A stretch of 26,628 nucleotides of DNA from Octopus sinensis (Eukaryota), in contig NW_021834744.1 of NCBI RefSeq assembly GCF_006345805.1, forward strand, positions 1-26,628, given 5' to 3'. Shown piece by piece: positions 1 through 8,902 of the stretch. A program made the translations under genes and the position numbers. The number at the start of each line of letters is the position of its first letter. Within the stretch, counting starts at the first letter, position 1. The notes beneath the pieces are model-generated. The model was not told the DNA's origin, searched no databases, and saw nothing but the letters and a program-made list of their open reading frames with translations.

Positions 1-250
1 AATACGAATTTCACCCAAACAATTTCACATAAACAAAGCTCTCATTCTTTACACGTTTTATGAAATTTTGCGAACTATCTAATATAAATTTAGCTCTTTA
101 TAATTCTATAACCCTGCACTATAAATATCAACTATGGAGGAAATATTTACTTACACACGATTTTCGAAATTATACCATGTGCTGCTGATATCAATTTGGT
201 TTAAATATACCCAAGTAAAAAGGACACGCCTCAATCTTGTCAATTGTTGT

Positions 251-477
251 GGTACTCCGTCGGTTACAACAACGAGCATCGGAACAACCTGCTCGTGAAA
301 TTAACGTGCAAGTGGCTGAGCACTCCGCAGACAAGTGTACTATTAACGTAGTTCTCGGGGATATTCAGTGTAACATAGAGTGTGACAAGGCTGGCCCTTT
401 GAAATACAGGTACAGCAGAAACAGGAAGAAAGAGTGAGAGAATACAGCAGGGTTCGCCACCACTCCCTGCCGGAGCC
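251..477 (-). mobile_element. 5'-truncated tRNA-derived SINE (OR-like family, tail type X)
   Basis: Reverse complement aligns to the body and tail of the full copy at 23653-24040 (ggctccggcaggg...gtaaccgacggagtacc). Confidence 0.85.
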
Positions 478-480
478 AAA

Positions 481-955
481 AGTTTTCCTTCATGGCAGAA
501 TTTATAGTCAAGACTAAGCATTTTATCTTATCAAATTTGTCCTATGGTTGCGGAACTGTTTCCGGAGTGAAAAACCATCTTTCAGGATGATAATGCATCA
601 ATTCAAGCAACTAAAGTTGTTACCGAACGACACGAGGAACATTCTAGTGAAGTTGAGCATCTTATCCGGTTAACAGAGTCCCCAGATCTCAATATTATTG
701 AACATTTATGGTGCATTTATAAGAAAAGAAAAACAAATAAAGAGTGGTTATCCTCCACCATAATCTCTACAAGAACCGGAGATTGTTTTAGCTGAAGAAT
801 GGACAAAAATTCCTTCAGAAACAATTCAAAATTTGTACGACACAATACCTCATTGAATTCAAGGTGTAATTATTGCACAAGGCGGTCCTACTTCATATTA
901 TAATAAATTTGTTTGAAATTTGAAAGTGTTTCCATCATTTTCTCCAAGCCGTGTA
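481..955 (+). mobile_element. Decayed Tc1-like transposon 3' half (DD36E spacing) with right TIR and TA
   Basis: The frame from 541 reads ...IFQDDNASIQATKVVTERHEEHSSEVEHLIRLTESPDLNIIEHLW, with an in-frame TGA at 568-570. The C-terminus GGPTSY* ends near 901. TIR-like gtgtttccatcattttctccaagccgtg is followed by TA at 954-955. Confidence 0.9.
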
Positions 956-965
956 TATGTATATA

Positions 966-1086
966 GTAGAAGAGCGTAGACTCGAAACGTAAAATACTTT
1001 TTCTATTCCTGAGCGTTATACTAATACATCTGTTTGTTTTGTACACCACCTATCTTCGTCTTTTGTTTTTTTCGTAAACTCTCCCT
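966..1086 (+). mobile_element. Truncated Penelope-like terminal module with 3' half of an HHR (type C)
   Basis: GA-A-GAGC-GTAG-ACTC-GAAAC-GTA at 969-991 gives stem II, GAAA and a GUA triplet, but the CUGA half is missing. About 95 nt of tail follow, ending in (TA)n. Confidence 0.5.
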
Positions 1087-1088
1087 AT

Positions 1089-1130
<42 letters not shown>
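1087..1130. repeat. (TA)n microsatellite
   Basis: Directly visible; further TA/TACA arrays at 1320-1381 and 1582-1730. Confidence 0.95.
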
Positions 1131-1133
<3 letters not shown>

Positions 1134-1320
1134 GTGTCCCACCATCGCTTAACAACCGACGCTGGTGTGTTTATGTCCCCGTGACTTAGCGGTTCGGCCC
1201 TAAGTGACTGATAGAATAAGTACTAGGGTTACAGGTTCCTGGAGAAGATTTGTTGACTAAAATTGGTGTTCCAGGATGGCCATAGTCAGACGACTGAATC
1301 AAATATAAAAGAATAAAAGT
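1131..1320 (+). mobile_element. 3' half of SINE family B (family with internal TA microsatellite)
   Basis: Diverged match to the reverse complement of 19854-20060 (aaccgacgctggtgtgtttatgtccccg...ccaggatggccatagtc). Confidence 0.8.
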
Positions 1321-1321
1321 A

Positions 1322-1386
<65 letters not shown>

Positions 1387-1396
1387 ATATAGAAGG

Positions 1397-1447
1397 AGCT
1401 TCTACAGGACTAGTACTGTTTCATTCAAGAGAAATCTTCAGGAAGCT
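1397..1447 (-). ncRNA. Type I hammerhead ribozyme motif (type A)
   Basis: Minus strand: AGCUUC-CUGAAGA-UUUC(UCUU)GAAU-GAAA-CAG(UACUAGUC)CUG-UA|GAAGCU. It has a 6-bp stem I, the full core and a 4-bp stem III with a GUA triplet. Confidence 0.75.
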
Positions 1448-1495
1448 TCCTGAAGATTTCTCTTGATATGAAACAGTACTAGTCCTGTAGAAGCT
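1444..1495 (+). ncRNA. Type I hammerhead ribozyme motif (type A, 1-nt insertion in stem II)
   Basis: CTGAAGA 1450-1456, GAAA 1470-1473, GTA 1487-1489. Stem II 3' strand reads GATAT instead of GAAT. Confidence 0.65.
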
Positions 1496-1692
1496 CCTTC
1501 TATATATAATAAATTAATTTTACTCTGCTATGTATTGAGTACCTTACTTACTGTGGTTAACCCGGATCAACCCGGGACCTACATATATATATATATATAT
1601 ATATAATATACATACATACATATACATATACTTATATATATACTATATATATATTATATATATATACATACATACATATACATTTATATACA

Positions 1693-1730
<38 letters not shown>

Positions 1731-1732
<2 letters not shown>

Positions 1733-1990
1733 GGATAGTCCCGTCGAAGACATCGTTTGTGTGTTCGGCCTTTGCCGTACTACCTTCAAATCATTTGTTT
1801 AATAGTGAACGAATGTATGTGTTGTACATTAGCTGACTCACCCCATCAAATTGCAAATTGACGTTACCTGGACAGGTGCACTGTGTACCACACGTCAGGT
1901 GTTGAAGTGATCGCAGAGCAAGGGGAGATTAAATGTTTTACTCAGAAACACAACGCACCACCCGGTCAAGGGACTGAAACCACGATCTCC
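1731..1990 (-). mobile_element. SINE with 'gcgttgtgttcttgagc' body and tail type W
   Basis: The reverse complement has B-box-like ggtttcagtccc. The body resembles 7610-7650 and the 3' end resembles 18600-18678. Confidence 0.65.
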
Positions 1991-2039
1991 ATAAGGCCAC
2001 ATATATGCGTGTGTGTGTATTTTGTTGCTGTGTGTTCCT

Positions 2040-2690
2040 TCTCCAGCCATGCCTGGGTCAGAAGGGCCGGTTTTCCGGTATCATTAGTGTATAGGTTCCC
2101 TACGTGGAAGCGACGCCGGTCCGTCGCAGGTGAGATGCTAGATAGAAGAGGAAAGAGTGAGAGAAAGTTAGGAGCACTCCGTCGGTTGCGACGATGAGGG
2201 TCCCAGCTGATACGATCAACGGAACAGCTTGCTCGTGATATTAACGTGCAAGTGGCTGAGCACTCCACAGACACGTGTACCCTTAACGTAGTTCTCGAGG
2301 AGATTCAGCGTGACACAGAGAGTGACAAAGCTAGCCCTTTGAAATACAGGTACAAGAGAAACAGGAAGAAAGAGCGAGAGAAAGTTGTGGTGAAAGAATA
2401 CAGCAGGGTTCACCACCACCCCCTGCCGGAGCCTCGTGGAGCTTTAGGTGTTTTCGCTCAATAAACACTCACAATGCCCGGTCTGGGAATCGAAACCGCG
2501 ATACTCCGACCGCGAGTTCGCTACCCAAACCACTGGGCCATTGCGTCTTCAGTGAGAGAAAGTTATGGCGAAAGAGTCAGCAGAAGTTCGCCATTACCTT
2601 CTGCCGGAGCCGCGTGGAGCTCAGGTTTTTCGCTCATAAACACACCATTATCACCCGGTTTGAGATTCGAGCCACTATATCCATTACACC
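2040..2690 (-). mobile_element. Older OR-like SINE (tail Y variant) split by a younger SINE
   Basis: 2040-2170 and 2566-2690 join across the 15-bp duplication into one diverged body plus Y-type tail. Confidence 0.7.
2171..2550 (-). mobile_element. Full-length OR-like SINE (tail X) with 15-bp TSD
   Basis: tRNA-like head with A box TGGCCCAGTGG and B box GGTTTCGATTCC. TSD agtgagagaaagtta at 2156-2170 and 2551-2565. Confidence 0.92.
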
Positions 2691-3039
2691 TACATTGCTG
2701 TGAAAGAAGCCCCTCGCCTCACAGCTTGCTTTAAGGAAGTATCGTGGATAAAATTTGCTCATTTTCTAATTTAGATATTTCTAAAAGTTTAATTATATAC
2801 TAGTATTATATTAATACGAACAATTTCATGGACATTTAACTGCCCTACACAAATTGTTCATACTGTGTATGTAATCTCATTAATAATATTTTAAACGCAA
2901 ACAGCCTCAAGCAAATCATATTTGTTCTTCATTATTATATTAAATAATTCTTCCACCCGATCATTTCTATCAAGTCCCACCATTATTGATATTTCTATCA
3001 TGTTTGAATACGACAAACATTTGCTCTTCACAGCAGTTG

Positions 3040-3935
3040 GATACGATTACTTGAGGAAAGTTCGAATTAAATGTCAACGTTTAAAATGTGTGCATGTTTA
3101 TACCTAACGTAATATCTATTTACAAACGGTAGATGACTTCAGTTCTACGGTAAGAATGAAAGGAATCTCCGATCATTGTCAATTCCGTGAGTGTGTTTAT
3201 CAGTGACGTCAGAATTGAATATGGCATTTCTAAGTGTGGAATCTTTGTTAAGGAGGTAAAAGAAATACCATAAAAGTGAAGGAATAAATGATTGAATATG
3301 TTCACCGGGTGAGATACGGAAGCTCGACGGAGATAATGGGTAGGAATGAATATATGGACGTCGTGAAACCTGACAGTGTAAAGGATAAAGCATTGAAAGT
3401 GAAAGTAGAACACAATATTTCTGAAGGATTAGGAAAATATTATAAGAAATATTGAATTTCTAAATCTCTCGTAGAGACATGTACGGTGGTGGGGCGATAG
3501 AATGGTTGTATACTGTCAATCTAACAAGAACGTGACAGTAGGGGGTACACCACCGCTGTATAGCCCTAGGAAGCATCGAACGTCTCCTGATGGCTTTGAC
3601 ACATTTTTTCCCTCGGACAACGATCCTGAAACACGGTGTCCCTAGATGCAGTTCCGGCGGCCGGGGGTGTTTGTCTCCCCTTCGTATATGTATATAAGGA
3701 CACAGGGAAACATGTGTCAAAGCCATCAGGAGACGTTCGATGCTTCCTAGGGCTATACAGCGGTGGTGTACCCCCTACTGTCACGTTCTTGTTAGATTGA
3801 CAGTATACAACCATTCTAGGAAAATATTAAAATCCAAAATTAGTGGTGTAAATATCCTCACTGCAAAACATTCAAAATTCTTACCAATCTTTAAGTGCAG
3901 TGCCGAAATAAATATGCAAAGGGAAAAACATTGAG
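3040..3935 (+). mobile_element. Degenerate non-LTR reverse transcriptase fragment (R4/Dong-like), interrupted at 3443-3816
   Basis: Frameshifted peptides: GYDYLRKVRIK, VDDF/FYGKNE, NSVSVFISDVRIEYGISKCGIFV, DGDNG, RIRKIL. After the insertion it resumes as KILKSKISGVNILTA...PIFKCSAEIN, which resembles R4-clade KILKSKLNGGNxIxAIN...YSAGII. Confidence 0.7.
3443..3816. mobile_element. 374-bp insertion with 13-bp TSD and ~115-bp internal inverted repeat
   Basis: taggaaaatatta at 3430-3442 and 3817-3829. Arms 3498-3613 and 3704-3818 differ by about one substitution and one indel, with a 90-bp spacer. Confidence 0.85.
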
Positions 3936-4010
3936 GAAGTAGATAGAAAAGAAAAAAAAGCAAATAAGAAAATTGCTGATAACCTACAGTAATTTTTCTC
4001 TACGGGTAGA

Positions 4011-4162
4011 TGTTGGCAGATTTCGAACAAGGGTTCTCATTCCTAAGGTATTTTAGAGGTTGTTATTATTATTTTTTCTATTATTATTATTCAGGTCACT
4101 GCCTGGAATCGATCGCGGAATCTTGGGGTTAGTAGCTCGCGCTCTTAACCACTACGCCATAT
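4011..4162 (-). mobile_element. tRNA-head + (AAT)n + body SINE (family D), 3'-truncated
   Basis: Reverse complement: atggcgtagtggttaagagcgcgagctactaaccccaagattccgcgatcgattccaggcagtgacctg, then (AAT)n, then aaataccttaggaatgagaaccc...gttcgaaat, as at 6091-6126. Confidence 0.8.
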
Positions 4163-4519
4163 TCTTTTTCTTCCTCATTTTCAAGATATTTCACTGCTTA
4201 TTCCACCACCAAGATGAAATAAACTTTGGGTGTGATTTTTTTATTTATATATTTTTCTGCCGACATTAAAAAAAATATTATTTGCATTCCTTTATTTTAT
4301 TGACCATTATAAAATCATTCACAAAACAAATGAGAAAAAAATGAAGGTGAAAGGAAAGAAATATTTAATTTTTTGTCATACAATACTGTATAAAAACCAT
4401 TTAAAAAAAAGAAAAAACCCACGGGCATATGGCGTAATGGTTAAGAGCGCGGGCTACTAACCACCCCCAAGATGCCGAGCTCGATTCCAGGCAGTGTCCT
4501 TACTACTAATAATAATAAT

Positions 4520-5997
4520 CTATCTATGGCAATCCCTCAAGGTCGAGGATGATGGTCTTCGCGCAAATTTATTGGTGAGTCCGCAGGTGACTGATAAGAC
4601 CAATTCTTGCTCGAAAACATCGGTCACAGTGCGGACATCTAGTGCCGGAAGGTTGTTGTTGGCGCTCCTTCCGTCGTCGTCTTTTCTCCTCCAGCTCTGC
4701 AGACCTTTTCGACTCGAAATTCGCCGTTCCCTCATGGATGGTGGTTTTCCAGCGTAGTCTGTTTTTTGCCGTTTCCTCCCAGTTGGTGAAGTCAATGTCA
4801 CACTTTTTGAGGTTCGATTTCAGGGAGTCCTTGTAGCGTTTCTTCTGGCCTCCTTTTGTACGCTTGCCGTCTTTGAGTTGGGAGTAGAAGATCTGTTTGG
4901 GAAGTCGTTCGTCAGCCATTCTAACCACGTGGCCGTTCCATCTTAGTTGGCCTTTGATGACATAGGCTTCGATGCTGGTCATTTTTGCTTCTTGTAGCAC
5001 GCTGACGTTAGTTCTTCTGTCTTCCCAGCTGATGTTGAGGATCTTCCGAAGACAGCGTTAGTGAAATTTCTCGAGCGTTTTCAGGTGGTGACTATACGGG
5101 GTCCAGGTTTCGGATGCGTAAAGGAGGGTTGGAATAATGACTGTCCTGTGCACCATGAGTTTGGTTTCGGTTCGGATGTCCCGATCAGCAAAAACTCTTG
5201 TTCGAAGCTTGCCGAAAACTGTTCCTGCACACTTCAGACGGTGTTGGATTTCATCGCTGAGGTCTACCTTTGCTGACAGATGGCTCCCAAGGTAGCAGAA
5301 GTGGTTCACATTTTCCAGTGGATTTCCTTCGAGTTGAATCGATGGCGGGTTGTCAACACGGGCATTGGGGGGGGGGAGGTTGGTAGAGTAAGTGAGTCTT
5401 CTTGATGTTGATGCTCAGTCCAAGTTTAGTATATGCATGATGAAAAGCATTTAGGATCTGTTGGAGGTGATCTTCTCTGTAAGCTGCTACACTGTTGTCG
5501 TCGGCATATTGGAACTCTAGCAAGCTTCGCACCATTGTCTTTGACGTACTTTTGAGGCGAGCGAGGTTGAAAAGCTTGCCGTCCATTCTGTACGAGATCT
5601 CGATGCCAGGTGGAAGGTCATCTCGTATGATGTGCAACACTGTCGCCATAAAGATGGTAAAGAGAGTTGGCGCTATCACGCAGCCTTGCTTCACTCCGGA
5701 GGTGACTTTAAAGGGCTCAGAACTGCCTCCGTCGGTCTGGACTCTGGCGTGCATATTGTCGTGGAGGAGTTTGAGGATCCGGATGAACTTATCTGGGTAT
5801 CCATACTGGGCGAAAATATCCAGAGGAGCTCTCGCGGACACGATCAAAGGCTTTGGATAGGTCGATAAAGGCCAAGTAGAGCGGTTGGTGTTGCTCACGA
5901 CATTTTTCTTGTAGCTGTCGCAGCATGAATATCATGTCGGTTGTGCTTCGTGATGGCTTAAAGCCGGTCTGTGTCTCAGGAAGGATCCTCTCTGACA
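4520..5997 (-). mobile_element. 5'-truncated, disrupted RTE-clade LINE (RT, thumb, C-terminal CCHH finger, 3' UTR)
   Basis: QTGFKPSRSTTDMIFMLRQLQEKCREQHQPLYLAFIDLSKAFDRV, GVKQGCVIAPTLF, FQYADD, YLGS, WNGHVVRMADERLPKQIFY, CPHCDRCFRARIGLISHLRTH. Frameshifts near 5825 and the G-run at 5367-5378; in-frame stop at 5058-5060. Confidence 0.96.
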
Positions 5998-5999
5998 TA

Positions 6000-6034
<35 letters not shown>

Positions 6035-6083
6035 AATAATGATAATAATGATAATAATGATAATAATAATAATAGTAATAATA
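5998..6083. repeat. (TAA/TGA)n trinucleotide tract internal to SINE D
   Basis: Directly visible; source of the poly-Ile ORFs. Confidence 0.95.
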
Positions 6084-6133
6084 ACATTGAAAAATACCTT
6101 AGGAATGAGAACCCAGGTTCGAAATTTGCTCAA

Positions 6134-6179
6134 GACACCTGATGAAGGCTGGAGGGTATATCAGCGGCAACGTTGTGTT
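6134..6179 (+). ncRNA. Degenerate minimal type I HHR in the SINE D tail
   Basis: GACAC-CTGATGA-A-GGCTG(GAGGGTATAT)CAGCG-GCAAC-GTT-GTGTT. Stem I GACAC/GUGUU is present, but GAAA has become GCAA and the base of stem II is mismatched. Confidence 0.6.
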
Positions 6180-6899
6180 AACAACAAACAAGATGAGGAC
6201 AAATATCCGTCAAATGTAAATAAAGTAAATAATGTACAGCTAGGATTATCAGACATGAACTAGATACTTGAAGAGGAGAAATAGCATTGTGCCGTAGGCT
6301 ACAAATAGCAAGCCCTCTACTCATGGAATATTCCAGGTGTTCTAAGAAAACACCTGAGCTAAAAGAGCAATGATAATGGTTTCTAATATTCAGGTGTGGT
6401 ATTGGTGACCAATTGTTCAGAATATTTGAGCAAATCTGTTGAAAATTCAAGTAAGCACGGTAAATAATTAACGGGAAAAGAAGGCAAGAAAAGGAAAAGC
6501 AGGGGAGAGAGGAATATTGAGTCTTATCGGAGAGTAATATCGGAAGGGTTGATGGGCAGTTATTAATGTTTATATGCTGGCTGACCTTTGGAATTGTATA
6601 GAGGTTTGATGATAAATTGTAAGTTACAAATTGTGCGGTCAAGTATTCATTTTCACTCCGGCCATGGGCATTGCAGGGAAAGTGACGGAATGTAGGAGAA
6701 ATAAAGTTTAGTTTCACACCATTAAATTTTTCAATTAATCAACTACACCATAGAGATTATATGCGGAAGATAGACAAATTAAGTGTTATGTAGAAGGATC
6801 ACGGTTAAATTCACTCGAGATAAGGGGCTTCTGTTTACGTTGTATTGTCGGGAAGACAAGACAATTTCAAAACATGAGGACTTTATCTTGTATGTTAGA

Positions 6900-6949
6900 T
6901 ATACATCATATATATATGTGGGTGTGGGGGGGCTGTGTATGTATGCATT

Positions 6950-6981
<32 letters not shown>

Positions 6982-7282
6982 GAACAATGTTCAATACTGT
7001 ATCGTTGCTTAAAATTTATTTATTTGTGTACTATGTCTACCATTAGTTTCATGTTGATAAAATATCTTAATAGCTTAATAAATGTTCAAGCCGATCAGAT
7101 TGAGAAATGGTATTCGTCATCCAAAATGTAGACGAACACCATTTCCTCATGAGATCGGCTTGAAGATTTGTTACGGTATTATATGTTCTTAACGTGAAAC
7201 GAATGATAGCCTTAATATACAAATAAAACACACCACACACACACACACACACACACACACCACATATATATATATATATATA

Positions 7283-7328
<46 letters not shown>

Positions 7329-7330
7329 AT
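6900..7330. repeat. TA/TG/CA microsatellite blocks (6900-6980, 7220-7330)
   Basis: Directly visible. Confidence 0.9.
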
Positions 7331-7609
7331 AATTTGATAAGCGTTTGACTCAGTTCCACGCAATTTACAGTTTCGTTGGAACTTGGAACATAGCAGACAC
7401 GTCTGCATCCATCTGCTTAAATAGCGAGGAAAAAAAGGATAGTGGCAGTTAAATTAGCAGTGCCTCAGTCTCTATTAGTTTCGGGAGGTACTCCAGAAGA
7501 AAAGAGAAATATTCCTGATCATTGAAATGTTCCCTACCGTGATCTTTGCAAAGATAAAACCTTCTATCCTCTAAGTATATTCATTTCTATTCTAGACATA
7601 AGGCTCGAC

Positions 7610-7780
7610 GCGTTGTGTTCTTGAGCAAAACACTTCATTTCACGTTGCTCCAGTCCACTCAGCTGGCAAAAATGAGTAACTCTGCGATGTACTGGCGTCT
7701 CGTCCAGCTGGAGAACAAGTACGCCATTGAAACCGGGAAACCGGGCCCATGAGCTTAGCTAGGTTTTAAAAGGGCGCATT
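7610..7780 (+). mobile_element. 5'-truncated SINE: 'gcgttgtgttcttgagc' body + tail Y
   Basis: Tail aactctgcgatgtactggcgtctcgtccagctgg...gaaaccgggaaaccgggcccatgagc...aaagggcgcat matches 23100-23207. Confidence 0.8.
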
Positions 7781-7912
7781 TATTTTATTATATACCCTAC
7801 TGAATCTAAATTTATCTTATATTGCGCCTGTAACGGTGTGAACTTCCTAGCCACGTTATTATTTCCATATTAATATTATTAATAACGGCAATTGTACTTT
7901 TCTATATATAAA

Positions 7913-8312
7913 GGCGGCGAGCTGGCAGAAACGTTAGCACACCGGACGAAATGCTTAGCGGTATTTCATCTGCCGCTACGTTCTGAGTTCAAATTCCGCC
8001 GAGGTCGACTTTGCCTTTCATCCTTTCGGGGTCGATTAAATAAGTACCAGTTTCGCACTGTGGGTAGTAAAGAAACGGGTATTACGTCTGAGTTCAAGAA
8101 AAGGCATTTCGTCTGAGTTCAACAAAAAGACATTTCGTCTGTCTTTACGCTCTGAGTTCAATTTCCGCCGAGGTTGACTTTGCCTTTCATCCTTTCGGGG
8201 GTCGATTAAACAAGTAGAAGTTGCGCACTGGAGTCGATGTAATTGATTTAATCCTTTCGTGTGTCCTTGTTTTTCCCCTCTATGTTTAGCCCCCTGTGGC
8301 CAAGAAAGAAAT
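7913..8312 (+). mobile_element. SINE family C (ggcggcgagctggcagaaac head) with internal duplication
   Basis: Matches 18871-19100. The block tctgagttcaa...gcctttcatcctttcggggtcg...cgcactg occurs twice (about 7982-8060 and 8151-8230). Confidence 0.85.
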
Positions 8313-8485
8313 ATATATATATATATATATAGTTTTTATCTTTATTAAACTTTTAATACTTTTTGATAGTTATATATATATTTTTTAAATTATTAATATA
8401 AATAAAAAATAAAAATAATAATATATATATATAATATATATATATATATTATATATATATATATATAATATATATATACTTATAT

Positions 8486-8657
8486 ATATATAGACCTGAG
8501 TAAACACATAAATGTGAAACAAGGTGAAAAAAGAGTACTCAAATACCAGTGGTAGAGTAATATGCTTTATTTTAAGCAGCAGAAAACTGTCTGATGAACG
8601 GCAACGAGAAACTCAGAGTAACAGATTTTGTTGAATTTTCTGCTGCTTAAAATAAAG
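8486..8657. mobile_element. Inverted Penelope-like terminal module (type B) between TA arrays
   Basis: Perfect 22-bp inverted repeat at 8565-8586 and 8636-8657 encloses an HHR. The left arm extends a further ~80 bp. Confidence 0.75.
8583..8629 (+). ncRNA. Type I hammerhead ribozyme motif (type B)
   Basis: AAAACTGT-CTGATGA-ACG(GCAA)CGA-GAAA-CTC(A)GAG-TA|ACAG(A)TTTT. The core is intact, with a GNRA loop II, a 1-nt loop III and an A-A mismatch at the base of stem II. Confidence 0.75.
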
Positions 8658-8689
<32 letters not shown>

Positions 8690-8864
8690 AATTTATAAAA
8701 ATAAATTAATAATTTTAAATTTTTAACTTTAAATTTAAGTAATTTAAATTTAAAATTTTGTATTTTACATATTTTGTATATTATATTAATTATTTTTATT
8801 TCTATGTTTTGGTTTGTGTTTTTCACTGTTTGATTTGTCTAATAGTGGTTTTATCTCTAATTTA

Positions 8865-8902
<38 letters not shown>

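Larger units (their letters stand above)
1382..1582. mobile_element. Inverted Penelope-like terminal module (type A): loopless palindrome 1382-1509 plus tail to 1582
   Basis: Palindrome centred on ggaag|cttcc (1445/1446), arms identical except one extra T at 1467. The right arm continues as the same tail seen at 18486-18570. (TA)n lies on both sides. Confidence 0.85.
4423..6237 (+). mobile_element. Family D SINE (head 4423-4500, AAT tract, body 6084-6237) split by an antisense RTE LINE
   Basis: Head and post-microsatellite body each match the contiguous uninterrupted copy at 4011-4162. Confidence 0.8.

Noticed and set aside
792-825. CTGAAGA...GAAAC hammerhead-like spacing
   Set aside because: It lies in Tc1 transposase coding sequence and has no stem I or stem III/NUH.
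3587-3645. HHR in the 374-bp hairpin element (CTGATGG ... GAAACACGGTGTC)
   Set aside because: A stem III/GUC look-alike exists, but A9 is G, no stem II closes and no stem I partner precedes the core.
4423-4500. tRNA genes (also the heads at 4092-4162, 22899 and 23653)
   Set aside because: A and B boxes are present, but acceptor and anticodon stems do not pair fully and each head is fused to a repeat body, so these are SINE heads.
6178-6717. 179-aa minus-strand ORF with faint Penelope-like motifs (HFPC, PLIIY...NILNNW)
   Set aside because: The motifs are weak and out of the expected order; an HMM search against PLE RT/GIY-YIG profiles is needed.
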